A stretch of DNA of 64,000 nt from IMG/VR virus record IMGVR_UViG_3300008117_004020, positions 32,001 to 96,000 of that record; one strand, written 5' to 3'. Each line of letters begins with the position of its first letter. The stretch's first letter is position 1. Positions 38,701 to 48,381 of the stretch are shown here, one piece after another. Origin of the DNA: a virus. The translations under genes and the position numbers were made by a program. Under the pieces are notes generated by a model. The model was given only the letters and a program-made list of their open reading frames with translations. It searched no databases and was not told the DNA's origin.

Positions 38701-39937
38701 AGTCTTTTTTTAGTGATGCAATTGGATTAGTGATGACATCTGTTTTTCCTACAACACCATATCTTCTATTATTGCTAGGAACAGACAACCTATTAATCAA
38801 ATGCCCTGATATATAATCTATGAATTTTTGATTAGCAGGCAGCTTCATAATCTCCTCAGTCTTAGGAGATAGCTGAAAACCCACTGCTTTTAAAAATGCC
38901 ACCTTTCTTGCAGCAACACCTTCACTTGCTGGAATCTTTTTAGGGTCTAGAAAATCCTTAATCTTAGATAGGTCATCATTAGACAGTGTCCACACACCAT
39001 CTTCTTGATGTGCTAGATTTATAATTTCTCCATTAACTACAACAGGCATCCCATTTAAATAAAAGTTAGACTCTACAATCTGCTCATATTTACTTCTGGA
39101 TGCTACAGTGGTTTGAAACACTTTAATAAGGTTTCCTTCCACTGATGTCATATAGATGGGAATAGTAGCCTTTGCAAATGAATTTCTAAATGCAATCTTG
39201 AATTTAGTTTCAGCCATGTTATCTCCTGCTTTAAACTCAAGCTTATCTATAACAGACTGATACTCAGGAACTTTATCTAAATTATTCTTTAGTCTTTCAA
39301 TTATCTCAGCAACACTTGTAGTATTTTCTAAATCTACAATAAGACCTCTGGTAAAAGAACCATAGTCTACAGGCACTGTAAAACCATAGTCATCAAATAC
39401 ATCTGCACTACGAGGGATACTAAGTATGAACAGCTCTACAGCTTTGTCAATAGTATCAAATGGATCCATCTCATTAGCTGCCTGATCAAATACTAACTTT
39501 TTAAGAACAGCATCATCGTCATCAGACACCATGGATAAATCCACCATACCCTCCTCATCCAGCTTAAACTTAGTTTTTAATTTAAACGCTCTACCATATG
39601 CTGCCATATTTGCAACAATATCATTCCAATTAGCATTTAAAGTTCTAAGATTGGATGCAAATGTCATATAGACATCTGCTACATCTTCATTACCATTTTG
39701 TTTTTCAGCTCTAGCACGAGCCTCATACTCAGCAGCTTTATTTGTAATTAATTGATTAGCAGTCTTATACAACTGTTCTAAATCAGACCTATACTTAGCT
39801 GGATCACTTGTAATCTGTGCTAATTTAAAAAAGTCCATGTTCATCTGCTCCACAGCACGAAACATGAAATATTCAGCCTTATTAATTACTTTAGGAAGAG
39901 ATTCAATCTTTAAATCAATAGAACAATTCTTAGCCAT
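32762..39937 (-). CDS. Virion RNA polymerase (crAss-type two-barrel RNAP) with C-terminal ASCH-like domain
   Basis: YRIPTQG...SGSDFDYDK catalytic motif (~35740-35880); KR..., ADGQG motifs. Confidence 0.9.
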   Translation of the reverse strand: MAKNCSIDLKIESLPKVINKAEYFMFRAVEQMNMDFFKLAQITSDPAKYRSDLEQLYKTANQLITNKAAEYEARARAEKQNGNEDVADVYMTFASNLRTLNANWNDIVANMAAYGRAFKLKTKFKLDEEGMVDLSMVSDDDDAVLKKLVFDQAANEMDPFDTIDKAVELFILSIPRSADVFDDYGFTVPVDYGSFTRGLIVDLENTTSVAEIIERLKNNLDKVPEYQSVIDKLEFKAGDNMAETKFKIAFRNSFAKATIPIYMTSVEGNLIKVFQTTVASRSKYEQIVESNFYLNGMPVVVNGEIINLAHQEDGVWTLSNDDLSKIKDFLDPKKIPASEGVAARKVAFLKAVGFQLSPKTEEIMKLPANQKFIDYISGHLINRLSVPSNNRRYGVVGKTDVITNPIASLKKDWNKDRTGQNNVINNIIDVEVKYNPVYSIERSVINPEGNRQHSSQYHNNFTVINKALSDFKTYPKLQDILDAEPSLSWLNPVTNPGIKDSLYLNSLFYFDPAADNFGERRRVKLTSSGYKYVTDGSGTPVVLNINNTGGIQLKENGFRSDAASTINLSDIDKLLQDINTFNLQGFSSVTRLSDKSTDLSIHSNYYYNPLTGDPMPRPLGVAEYKGDNGIFKSELFLTQVTNGIKNHSALKFLGEKGFYSDLDFASKNILNTWGEFESIMNRIPEVRDALNAQLKEVNSPAEASNLIDGYKAEINNAITAYFNEYSEEFANKLASAKSIVESSYLLGKGNFKTMPDLRSSINYYIANTFLIDLDNMKLFFGGSIHFKAFHKRAGKDSATGIFTFMENDLIARFNNYENQQDIGANTNLSGRLLAERLFELGQIDEDTKNMIISRQTVSKEYKSGILKDVVFNSEQATKIPANIERLYAAGYISEENYNLYKDSLKQAIQDNYSGKEADGQGKCTFDFYRIISILTNNWTADQEASYKKIVEYAHYNKLAKSTTDEQKRTEYISKRDAIGYDPAEQVYFPPKKFQYSGPMKHQVYTSVGLFDSHVPMFDKFSLQPLIPTVIENTEDEDLADRMEFEGVGYVKFKTGSKTETPLKQDDLYENYDANNPKERYIIPFDLRVESGKTKFDSEHTIFFNHLKEQVKADSEAHTEAPFGSQMRKLVLMNILSLKSSYKKEEFENLYRRYKSLVDGLIQIEKTEIYNKLGITDKAGVLAVTDMKKLVKYFEEEISKKNQDQNVRKALMLSKDSGKFLIGLDAAVQAQIIEGILISSINNRIPRYKINGSMLTQVAITGSAKKFSREASEKATKTFGNSELKSYDVFTGTNGALSITEMQVKIGFTKQWESLLKLTHPDGMPIDSLNRLNSALKDENWRKENKKSIRMISYRIPTQGRNFLDVMEVVEFLPAAFGDAIIMPTEAIIKSGSDFDYDKMFTFYPNLDKDGKYTKIPYTPEDLKRIDAGSFRATLQNEMYDVLSEIILHPSNYMELVTPSTNYHILPLVDKIYKKVYPKNVKDGKRVANDYAHTDILNRVRNVEKFMSLLKSKSDLGIAAVANTFNVLFQLSNATGNRLFFEKQNITTFFNSSDVAKNEDNLITNTFYGDIYDEDGVHKSEFFAEFISSFVDAANDDYIFAINFVTELTPVAFYMKYAGLSSRKIFAFINQPAMRTYVKNLSKYESMFVKNYLEKTATDVERQMMSYGPDEIVDNKEYQELRIKLGKLRSSARAKAMSETVKQLGFTDINMTADPRSEIGKKLKESKISFNNQFTSQNLYNNILADDKTDISKLPADKKFLQLAVLHEFLNQKKQSDSLTAAQRFLNFDTKPYVSSFDAYARNVSYVNAVNRKSNVLSPDTLRRIKKESIISPLDTGSVIIDVLEQLFPLRDSRELNMILLEDVLSERSNKKNSAIVSDDDMNKYARTYKNDLMNYILQNYLGKSTAGMEFFKETFGTDKDINEYLKELIETPLMREQFTMIKQLPFYADLVEQYPLIENIIVEPGENTKNFINFKLLQNINNSVEKDGVIAQFEDLVNLEDPDLKIVKDFFRNLALYSIFQSGYNTAQNSFTGTTPVNIVNKLYEYSQDEFMKLENDEKELEYQNFSFKFKANNPAFFNNRDTSSTPTGESPKRGKWYAEDMGIDLKRIKEEVMPKAGEKTTTTNKIKMQSYNVEKIKSGEKTLTSRTYIIKNGVYQTENAEGNVIPIELSLYKAITVNDLNTPEKKEYYAKNEGFASWMDLMEKISTGQTRTLRPEFLEGNQKVYVYKIKNLSTKPTTETVDSKKVVEDMFIKAGGKKTSKGMLQVDGQHWYIDNTYWKVINKSGFDELFFYPNEDSEIAIASKKPEEKNFTTYDKIDTRSFTELMGKPQAESSTSTVDTNSKINAFREMLPWVLEMTNEEMEGMYNKEKLSGETIEEFLQRMSCLGKLK

Positions 39938-42900
39938 TACTTACAATTTTTTTCAAATATTTCATCATATGTTGGAGCTCTAAACTTCTTTTTCTTCTTG
40001 ATAGCATTTGTCTCTTGCTCATTCTGAGATATTTTACCATCAGTGTTTACATTGTTTTTAACATCATTCTTAACTGCGTTAGGGTCATTTAATAAGTCAT
40101 CAGCTGTTTTACCCGCAGGTGTTGCAACTTGAATATCTCTAGGGTTAGTGAAAGCAACTATTGAGTTATATCTTATTAATTGATCTTGTGCTGGTATTTC
40201 TACAGTGTCTGAGCTAAGACCCACCTTAGTCATTATAAAGTTCTTGTAGTCAATGTCTCTAAACTCTACACTCTTAACACCTTCTTTATCTACTATGACT
40301 GGGAATAAGAACTGCTCAAATCCTGTCTCCTTGTTCCACCACTTCTTAGATATATTAATAGGACGATTACCCACTTTATTTACCACCTGAGCTAGTACAG
40401 CCTCATCAATCAACGCTTCTCCATTAACCACTTTAATCACATCATACACTGTTGGCGTATCATCATTATATTGTTTAATTGTAAATCTTGACAATGTATT
40501 AGGAATCTTAAAGTTTTCTCCAGTGAGCCAGATGTTATATACAAATTTAATAAGATTTTCCTTAACTACATCAGCATTTTTATCTCCTCTTAATAACATC
40601 TCATGGTATGTTTTCATAACATCCACAATATGATTTATAAATGGAGTTTCTACACCATTCTTATTAAAATTAACATATCTAGTGTTAGGAGGATATAGAG
40701 GCTCTTCATTCACTGCACCATTTTTATCCTTAATCATCATCATTAATACACCCTTGTTATTAAACTTAAAGCTAATATTAGGCTGCATTAATTGAGCTAA
40801 GAAGCCAGGGTCTTTAGCTGTATTCTTACGATCAGCTTGATTACTCCTAGCAAGTTTTCTTTTATTCATCTGTCCAGCTGAAATCACAGTGAGGTCAGCA
40901 ATCTGAGGATTACCTGCCATAGCTTTTCTTCTAGCTTCATTTAACTTATCATAAGACTCTTTAGTGAGAAGCTTAGCCATAGGTGACTTGCTATCCTCAG
41001 CAAACAATTTAAAGTAGACTATTTGATTCTCCCCATTGTCTAAACCTTTCTTATCAGATAGATTAGCTCTGTCTAATGTACCCAATCTAGTACCATCTTT
41101 AGCAAATACAATAGGATTTCCATTTATATCAGACAAGAAACCAACCACTCCTTTTTTAGCAGCTTTCCAATCTTCATCAACTGAACCATCCCACCTAAGT
41201 CCTTCATTATCAGCATGTATTGTAACAAATACATCTCCCAGCTTTGCCTTGTCCATTATATGAAGAGCATTGATGATAGCTCTCACTTTATGATAATACT
41301 GTGTAAAATAAGGAGTTTCCTGTTGATTGCTAGGAAATACATCATTATTAAGAGACCTTAGAGCATTTGTATCCATTGCACTAATACCTTGTGATGGGTC
41401 AACTACACTAGCATCAAATATAGCAGGGTCAGAACCTTGTTTATGTACTGGAGGTGTGTATGTTACATCGCCTTCATCTGAACCTGTAGTTTCTGTTTCT
41501 TCTTCATCTGCAGGTGCTGGTTCTTCTCTTTTATTTTGAAGCTCTAATTCAATTTTAGTCTGAAGAGCATCAGAGATATTAACACCTAATGTTTGTTTAA
41601 GAACAGAATTTATATACCTACGAGTCTCCTCATATTCTGAAGAATCTATATTACCACCCTCAATTAAAAACTGCATGTAATCAACCAATTGACTTTCACT
41701 AAAATTTGTATCATCTTCAGTGAGAATTTCTTCTAAGGAAAGACCTTTTCTGTCAATGCTGATTAATCCTTTTTTAATTAACTTCTCTATATTAGATCTT
41801 GAATCTATATATCCTGTCAACTCATCATAGTTACCTACAGCTGTAGCTCCATACCTATCTTTTAAATATGCATATTTCTTTGTAAGCGCTCCCTCTTTTA
41901 CAAACTTCCAATACTCATTTTTAAAGTCTGCATAATCTTTTTGACTCTTAAATGGTAGGGATATAACCAGTCCTACAAATGGTGCATATTGAGATTCTGA
42001 CAATGGAACATCTAGCATTTGACCAGATGCATATGATCCCATTCTATCTGGATCACCCATTATATCTATAACATTACGTCTTAATGAATCAGATAATAAT
42101 TCATTTATAGACTTTGATTTAAGAAGTTGCATAAACACTTGCTCATAAACAATCGCAGCCTTAACAGGAGTGACACCCTTTCTTGTTTTATTAAACACCT
42201 CAAGGATGCCATTCTTTGTAGTGTAATAGTATGTTTGTTTTCCAATCTTAACCTTGGACATACCCTGCACTTGTTTAGAAGCCTCTTTATCTCTAATGGA
42301 CTGTATTTTAGAACTGATTAACTTCTGAGCACTACTATATAAAGATGGCACCATAGAGTCTTCGTAGTTAGTCAAATCCTCAGAAAGACTATTAAGCTCT
42401 TCAATAGTGCTAGCCTCAGCCACCTTACCTAATAATTCATTAGTGTAGTTAGACTTAATCAACTCTGCAGTCTGATTAATCACCTCATTTAGTACAGTGC
42501 CCTCAACATCAATGCCTATACTCTTTAATAAGTTAGACAGAATTTCAAGGAATTTCTCCCACACTGACTTGCCAGATTTAGCATATGGTATAGTGGATAG
42601 AAGATGCTGAAATGATGGGTTGGTGAAAGCCTCAATAACAAACTCTCTTATCTGCTCATCATCTGTAAGATTCTCTTGGAATGCATAGAAAGTCTTTGCA
42701 GCTGGATTATTTCTTACAGCAGCCATAGCAGACTTAATAGCTTTGGTAAACTCACCAGAAGGATTTTGAAGTTCCAACTCTATCTCTCTGTGCAAAAGCT
42801 CATGTAGAATAACTGTTTCAATAGGAAGATAGGGTTTTTCTTCTGTGTAACCCACCTGCTTCATATTGATAGCTACATTATTAGTATCTGGATCAAAGTC

Positions 42901-45900
42901 TCCTGATGATGGTAATGAATTATTAACTTCTATTGTATCATCAGCAGCTGTCCTACCTAATAACTTTCTAGCCAGCTCCCTCTCACCCAGTGTTGCAAAC
43001 TCACTATTAATAATATTCTGTAAAGCTAATCTTGTATTTATCCTACCATCTTTAACTTGATATTCTTGCATCAAGTCTTCTTCAGTTCTAATATCAGCGT
43101 CATCTTTAGCACGCAAAGCCAACATTCCAGGTTTTGATCCAGGCTGTATAGTGGTCAGTTCTTCTAGTGTTAACTCAGGCATAATCTCTTCATAACCAGG
43201 AGCTCTTGACAACTTACCCCTACTAGCTTCTATTAAATCCTCTTTATATTGTCTAACTTGCTCCATCTGAGAAGCAGTCAAAGTTCTTTGCTCACCATTA
43301 AGAATCCTTACAATCTCTTCATCTGTAAGAGGAGTTGGTGCAGCTTGATTGTTAAACATTATAGCCTCCACTTCTAACACTGTAGCAATCATTGCTTTAG
43401 ATACATTACGTAAATCTCCAGCAAAAATAGTAGGAGCATGTTTATTAACTAGTGCTTTTATTAAATTATCAGCTTCTTTCTTAGTAGAAGCCACCCTGAT
43501 ATTTTCTATTACATCTAACAAATCATTATAATAAGTAACAACATCAGGTTTATTATTAGCAGCCTTTTTTAAAAACCTCTTAGCTATTTCTTCAACTTCA
43601 AATGCTGACAATACTTCTTCTATAGATTTATAGACAGTACCTTGCTGTAAAAATTTATTCTTTTTATCTGATAAAGACTCTAGATTTGCCAATAAATTAG
43701 CTTCACTCTGTACTCTATTAATAGACCTGTTATACTCCTTTAAAAGCTTATACTGCTCATCTGTAATTTCTGATGTAATGGGAATATTAAGTTCTTCTAA
43801 TATATCAGCTACTTTAATTGATTCTTTATCCTGAGCATATCTAGTTTTAAAATCATCTATAATATCTTTAGCTTTATATTTAATCTCACCCTCTGATATT
43901 TTACCTTTATTAGATAATAAATAGTTAGTAATTTGTTCTTCTAGTTCATCAATTTTTCCTGTACTTATAAATATATAAGCTGCTTTATTAATATTAATTG
44001 TATAAATCCTAGCTACACCAAGATTAATATGCTCACTAGCATCTGCTTTTGTACCTAAAGCTTCTAAATTAATACCATCAACATCTGCTGATAATGTACC
44101 AGCATTTATAAGATTACTAATTGCAGCTTTTTGACCTGCAGTTGCAGGATTACCACTGGTTTTACCATTTACAATTGATACATGAGTATCATTTTCATAA
44201 TCATTATCTACATCAACTGTTAGATTAACCCCCTGCATTTTAGTTGCTACTGTTTGACTCTGCTGTTTAAATATTTCAAGAGCACCTTGAATCTTTGATT
44301 TATATGCAGCTAAATCATTAATGTATTGTAATACAATACTATCATTTTCAGCAGACCCTTCCTGTTCAATCTTATTAATAGCCTCTTGATATCTCTTATC
44401 TATAAGAGACACATAGTATTTGATTAACTCTTCTTTTATTTCAGGGGATGCCTGCTCACCTATTATAGTCAAAGCAGCCTCATCCATATCAGACAACAAC
44501 TGAAGATTTTTAATAGCATCAGCTATCCTAGACTTGAGAGCAGCCATGTTTTTAGAATCAGCATTCTTCTTAAGAGTTCTCACTATACTATCCCTCTCAT
44601 TATTAACCTTATCCATCCACTTTGCTCTCTCAATATTATCAGCCAGACTATCTAGCACTGGTGTAAAATCCTCAAATGCTTTTATCACCACTGAAATAGC
44701 AACATTAGAATTCTTAAGCAGGTCCCTAATCTTTTGTCTTACAGTATTATAAGCTGCTTTGAATTGAGGATCATCTTGAGAATAGACTTTTTTAGGAAGA
44801 CCTATAAGCTGAGTAGCTCTTTGTGATATAGCCATCTCCACCTTGTCTCTTTGCTCAGGAGATAGTGAATCATATTTAGCATTACCTGGAGTGATGTAAT
44901 CAACAAAATCTTCTAATAATTCATCTTGTGTAGCATTACTAATCCTCTCAATAAGATTATCAACATCTACTGTTGGGGTTGATGGTGTAGGTGTAACAGG
45001 AGCTGCTTGTTTACCACCTTCTAAAGCAGCCAGTTCTGCATCATACTTAGCTTTAATTGCTTTGTATATTGCAGGAATAACTCCTGTCATATTAGGATCT
45101 AAACCATATTGTTTAGCATAAACTTCTTTACCTCTTCTCTCAAAATCAATTTCTTCTTTTCTTAATCTTTCTTCTATATGTGCTTCAATAAGCTCTCTAT
45201 TTGATTTGTTAAAGCGATTATCAAGTTTTTCACCTTCAAAATAAACTCCATCAGCCTTCACTTCATAGTTAGTACCATCCACTTTACCTAATGGTATATC
45301 AGGTCTTGTAGGAGGCTGTGTAACTGGAGGAGTTGCAACTGGTTGAGGAGTAGGCTGTTGCGACATTGCTTCATCTAAATTCTTAGCAATCTCGTTAGCT
45401 TCATCTTCTGTAGCAATGCCCTTCTGTACTAAATTACCCTGTGGACTTATTACAGAGAATGTGCCATCAGCATCTTGTTTAACTGTATGTACATTTCCTA
45501 TTTGTTCAGGAGCTGTTTCTACCTCTTTAGCAGTTTGATAATAATTATTATATTCATCAAGAATCTCATCCATCAACTCATCCACTGTATCAAACTCTCT
45601 ATTTGCTGCAGCTTCTCTAAGCCTAGCATACAACACCTTCACCTTAGGTTGATTAGCAAAATCAGTATTAGAGTCTAGTTCCTTGAGCAACTCTGTTCTT
45701 AGTTGTACAACAGCTTGCCTTCTAAACATCTCAGCTGTATAAAATTTTGTAGCTGATTCAAAATGTCTGTCAAACTGTTCAGCAAAACCTTCAGGTGATG
45801 AAAGTAAAGATATATTAGTGACAGCCCTGCCCTTATCATTATTAAGACGAGCATAATCAATCATCCCCTTATATCCAGCTTCAATCTGTTCAGACGTAAG

Positions 45901-48378
45901 CATATCACCACCCATAGTATCCTGATAAGCATCCATCAACTCTTTGAATGCAGCTTTAGACTCATCTGTAAATTCAGCCATAGACAAACTGAATCCTTCT
46001 GCTCTTGTAAAAGATTCTGTAATAAGTTTATTGGAGTCTCTCCATTTGCTAAGAGCTCTTAATTGTCTTTCTTTGTCAGCAATCAGCTTCTTAGTCTTTT
46101 CATCTTGTGTCTCTGCAGACTTAAGATTCTTTATCTCATCTTGTAATAGAAGAGTCTCTGTAGTGATATTCTCATCAGATGTAGCTGTGTAGAAAGGATT
46201 ATAGAGAGCATCTCCTAATGAATCTTTGACATCACCCAGAATATTAGACATCCTACCTATAACATTTCTATAGGTATCTTTTTCAAATATTAAGTCTTGT
46301 ACAGCATTCTCCCAAGCTATATATCTAAGCTGTCCTCTCTTTTTCTCCTCAGTACCATCTTTTAATTTAGAAAAATCAGACCATGCATTAGGGAACTCTT
46401 GTTTTATTTTGTCATAGTCTTTTGCTATATCAGCAGCCTTTTGTTCAAAAGTATTAAGATAATCCATAGCAGACTTCTTATTACTTGAATCTGCAGTCAC
46501 TTTAAATATTGCTTCAAAGTCATCTGCACTAAGATTATTCAACTGATCACGCATGGTGTCCATCATATACTCTAGCTTACCAGTACGCAATCCTAGTACA
46601 ATCATATCCCTCATCTGCTGGTTATGCAGATTCTTATACGCATAAATGTCCCCGCTTTTAATAGCCTCAGACATTTGTTTAGAAAACTCCATCTGATTAT
46701 TAGCATTAGCAATACGTGGGTCAAATACTCTCAGAGGATTCTCTTCCCATTTATTTAATTTTGCAGCATAATCATCAATAATGTTTTTTCTTTCTTGCAT
46801 TTGTTTTTTGTACACTGTACTGTTCAGAGCCTTTCCTATACTCATATTAACAGCAGTGCCAGGAACACCTATAATAAATCCACTAATGAACTCATCAAAA
46901 GCATTTTTACCATCTAAGTGATCAGATACAGCTTTACCTGCCAAGTACATTTGCTCAAACCCACTTTTTCTATCATACTGATCTTTATAATACTTGTTCC
47001 AGAACTCAGAAGATGATCCTTGTACAACTTCTTGAACACCTTCCCATGCACTATCAATACCCCATTTAAAAAGACCTTTACCAGCACCAGCAGCTCCTTC
47101 TTTAGTAAACATAGAAAGAGTACCTTTCCTCACCCATCCTTTTGCTGTTCTCACCAAATCATCCCCTATATTTCCTGAAAGCTCAGATAAAAATCTTTTT
47201 TGAGCACCAAATGGACCTCTAAATAAGTTGCCCATATTAATCCTGTTCATCACATACAGCAGTCCTGTATTAGTGATACCATTGCCCATAGCAATATCAG
47301 ACGCTTCTTTCTCTAGATTTGCACGCTCACCTAGAGTTAGCATCCTGCCCTCTTCCTTAGCTTTTCTTGTAGCCTCATCCATATAATCAACATATGATGA
47401 TGCTGCTTCAAATTTTGCTTCTGCAGCAGCAGCATTCCATTGTTTAGTGAATGAATAAAAGCTACCAAGACCAGCCTTTATATTACTAGATTTTGTAAAG
47501 TATTGATATGCTTGTTTGATTTTATTAGCAGACTCTATAGAGTTTTCAATCTTACTAAGATTTTTATAAAACTTACCTAGAGTTAGTATTCTCTTAACTT
47601 TATTAACTAAAGATGCGCCAGCAGCAGCAATACTTGCTCCTTCAGTTTCAGGAGCTAGTATGGCTGCAGCAGCAAACTCTAATACTAATTGTGTACTGAA
47701 TGCTCCTATTGTTCCTAGGGTGAATCCAAATTGACCAACAGTAGTTGCAAACTTTCCAAATCCAAACTCATCTCCTCTTTGTTCAGCTTCAGTGAGAGGA
47801 ATATAGTTTTCTGTAGAAATCTGCTGCATGGTTCTACCCATATCAGCCAACTCCTTTGTATCACTAAATGGAAGAAATGCCTCTTTTAAATCACCACTGA
47901 CAAGATTTTTCCAAAACTTACCTTCTGTAACCCATTGTTCTTTAAATGTTTCTGCAGCAAGACCAGTCATTTGATCCCACGCAAGACCCATCTTTTGCCA
48001 TCTTGTTAAACTTCTAGCAAACCTATCCTCATTATTTTCAAATGGGTAAAACCCTATCTCTGTAAATAGATTATCTCTATCTGGATTATCAAATGTCTTT
48101 TGAAGCTTTGTAAAACTCTCATCTGTATATCTTATAGGCTGAGTGATGTTTGCAGGATCAAATGTTTTTCCTGCATACCTTGATAAACTATTAGACCTAA
48201 TTGCATTATATGGATCTACATCATACCTACCAGATGAAAGTTCTGGTACAATAGTTAATCCTGGACTTGGCAATCCTTCTAATGGTTCAAGCCCACTAGG
48301 ATTTAATACCCCTAAAGGGTCAAGAGTTTGATTATCAGGTTGTTGTGGAGGAACAGGAGGAGTGTTATCTAACGCCAT
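39937..48378 (-). CDS. Giant virion cargo protein with zincin metallopeptidase domain
   Basis: N-terminal hydrophobic/EGVQE region; ILHELLH...EFVIEAFTNPSF. Confidence 0.75.
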   Translation of the reverse strand: MALDNTPPVPPQQPDNQTLDPLGVLNPSGLEPLEGLPSPGLTIVPELSSGRYDVDPYNAIRSNSLSRYAGKTFDPANITQPIRYTDESFTKLQKTFDNPDRDNLFTEIGFYPFENNEDRFARSLTRWQKMGLAWDQMTGLAAETFKEQWVTEGKFWKNLVSGDLKEAFLPFSDTKELADMGRTMQQISTENYIPLTEAEQRGDEFGFGKFATTVGQFGFTLGTIGAFSTQLVLEFAAAAILAPETEGASIAAAGASLVNKVKRILTLGKFYKNLSKIENSIESANKIKQAYQYFTKSSNIKAGLGSFYSFTKQWNAAAAEAKFEAASSYVDYMDEATRKAKEEGRMLTLGERANLEKEASDIAMGNGITNTGLLYVMNRINMGNLFRGPFGAQKRFLSELSGNIGDDLVRTAKGWVRKGTLSMFTKEGAAGAGKGLFKWGIDSAWEGVQEVVQGSSSEFWNKYYKDQYDRKSGFEQMYLAGKAVSDHLDGKNAFDEFISGFIIGVPGTAVNMSIGKALNSTVYKKQMQERKNIIDDYAAKLNKWEENPLRVFDPRIANANNQMEFSKQMSEAIKSGDIYAYKNLHNQQMRDMIVLGLRTGKLEYMMDTMRDQLNNLSADDFEAIFKVTADSSNKKSAMDYLNTFEQKAADIAKDYDKIKQEFPNAWSDFSKLKDGTEEKKRGQLRYIAWENAVQDLIFEKDTYRNVIGRMSNILGDVKDSLGDALYNPFYTATSDENITTETLLLQDEIKNLKSAETQDEKTKKLIADKERQLRALSKWRDSNKLITESFTRAEGFSLSMAEFTDESKAAFKELMDAYQDTMGGDMLTSEQIEAGYKGMIDYARLNNDKGRAVTNISLLSSPEGFAEQFDRHFESATKFYTAEMFRRQAVVQLRTELLKELDSNTDFANQPKVKVLYARLREAAANREFDTVDELMDEILDEYNNYYQTAKEVETAPEQIGNVHTVKQDADGTFSVISPQGNLVQKGIATEDEANEIAKNLDEAMSQQPTPQPVATPPVTQPPTRPDIPLGKVDGTNYEVKADGVYFEGEKLDNRFNKSNRELIEAHIEERLRKEEIDFERRGKEVYAKQYGLDPNMTGVIPAIYKAIKAKYDAELAALEGGKQAAPVTPTPSTPTVDVDNLIERISNATQDELLEDFVDYITPGNAKYDSLSPEQRDKVEMAISQRATQLIGLPKKVYSQDDPQFKAAYNTVRQKIRDLLKNSNVAISVVIKAFEDFTPVLDSLADNIERAKWMDKVNNERDSIVRTLKKNADSKNMAALKSRIADAIKNLQLLSDMDEAALTIIGEQASPEIKEELIKYYVSLIDKRYQEAINKIEQEGSAENDSIVLQYINDLAAYKSKIQGALEIFKQQSQTVATKMQGVNLTVDVDNDYENDTHVSIVNGKTSGNPATAGQKAAISNLINAGTLSADVDGINLEALGTKADASEHINLGVARIYTININKAAYIFISTGKIDELEEQITNYLLSNKGKISEGEIKYKAKDIIDDFKTRYAQDKESIKVADILEELNIPITSEITDEQYKLLKEYNRSINRVQSEANLLANLESLSDKKNKFLQQGTVYKSIEEVLSAFEVEEIAKRFLKKAANNKPDVVTYYNDLLDVIENIRVASTKKEADNLIKALVNKHAPTIFAGDLRNVSKAMIATVLEVEAIMFNNQAAPTPLTDEEIVRILNGEQRTLTASQMEQVRQYKEDLIEASRGKLSRAPGYEEIMPELTLEELTTIQPGSKPGMLALRAKDDADIRTEEDLMQEYQVKDGRINTRLALQNIINSEFATLGERELARKLLGRTAADDTIEVNNSLPSSGDFDPDTNNVAINMKQVGYTEEKPYLPIETVILHELLHREIELELQNPSGEFTKAIKSAMAAVRNNPAAKTFYAFQENLTDDEQIREFVIEAFTNPSFQHLLSTIPYAKSGKSVWEKFLEILSNLLKSIGIDVEGTVLNEVINQTAELIKSNYTNELLGKVAEASTIEELNSLSEDLTNYEDSMVPSLYSSAQKLISSKIQSIRDKEASKQVQGMSKVKIGKQTYYYTTKNGILEVFNKTRKGVTPVKAAIVYEQVFMQLLKSKSINELLSDSLRRNVIDIMGDPDRMGSYASGQMLDVPLSESQYAPFVGLVISLPFKSQKDYADFKNEYWKFVKEGALTKKYAYLKDRYGATAVGNYDELTGYIDSRSNIEKLIKKGLISIDRKGLSLEEILTEDDTNFSESQLVDYMQFLIEGGNIDSSEYEETRRYINSVLKQTLGVNISDALQTKIELELQNKREEPAPADEEETETTGSDEGDVTYTPPVHKQGSDPAIFDASVVDPSQGISAMDTNALRSLNNDVFPSNQQETPYFTQYYHKVRAIINALHIMDKAKLGDVFVTIHADNEGLRWDGSVDEDWKAAKKGVVGFLSDINGNPIVFAKDGTRLGTLDRANLSDKKGLDNGENQIVYFKLFAEDSKSPMAKLLTKESYDKLNEARRKAMAGNPQIADLTVISAGQMNKRKLARSNQADRKNTAKDPGFLAQLMQPNISFKFNNKGVLMMMIKDKNGAVNEEPLYPPNTRYVNFNKNGVETPFINHIVDVMKTYHEMLLRGDKNADVVKENLIKFVYNIWLTGENFKIPNTLSRFTIKQYNDDTPTVYDVIKVVNGEALIDEAVLAQVVNKVGNRPINISKKWWNKETGFEQFLFPVIVDKEGVKSVEFRDIDYKNFIMTKVGLSSDTVEIPAQDQLIRYNSIVAFTNPRDIQVATPAGKTADDLLNDPNAVKNDVKNNVNTDGKISQNEQETNAIKKKKKFRAPTYDEIFEKNCK

Positions 48379-48381
48379 TCT

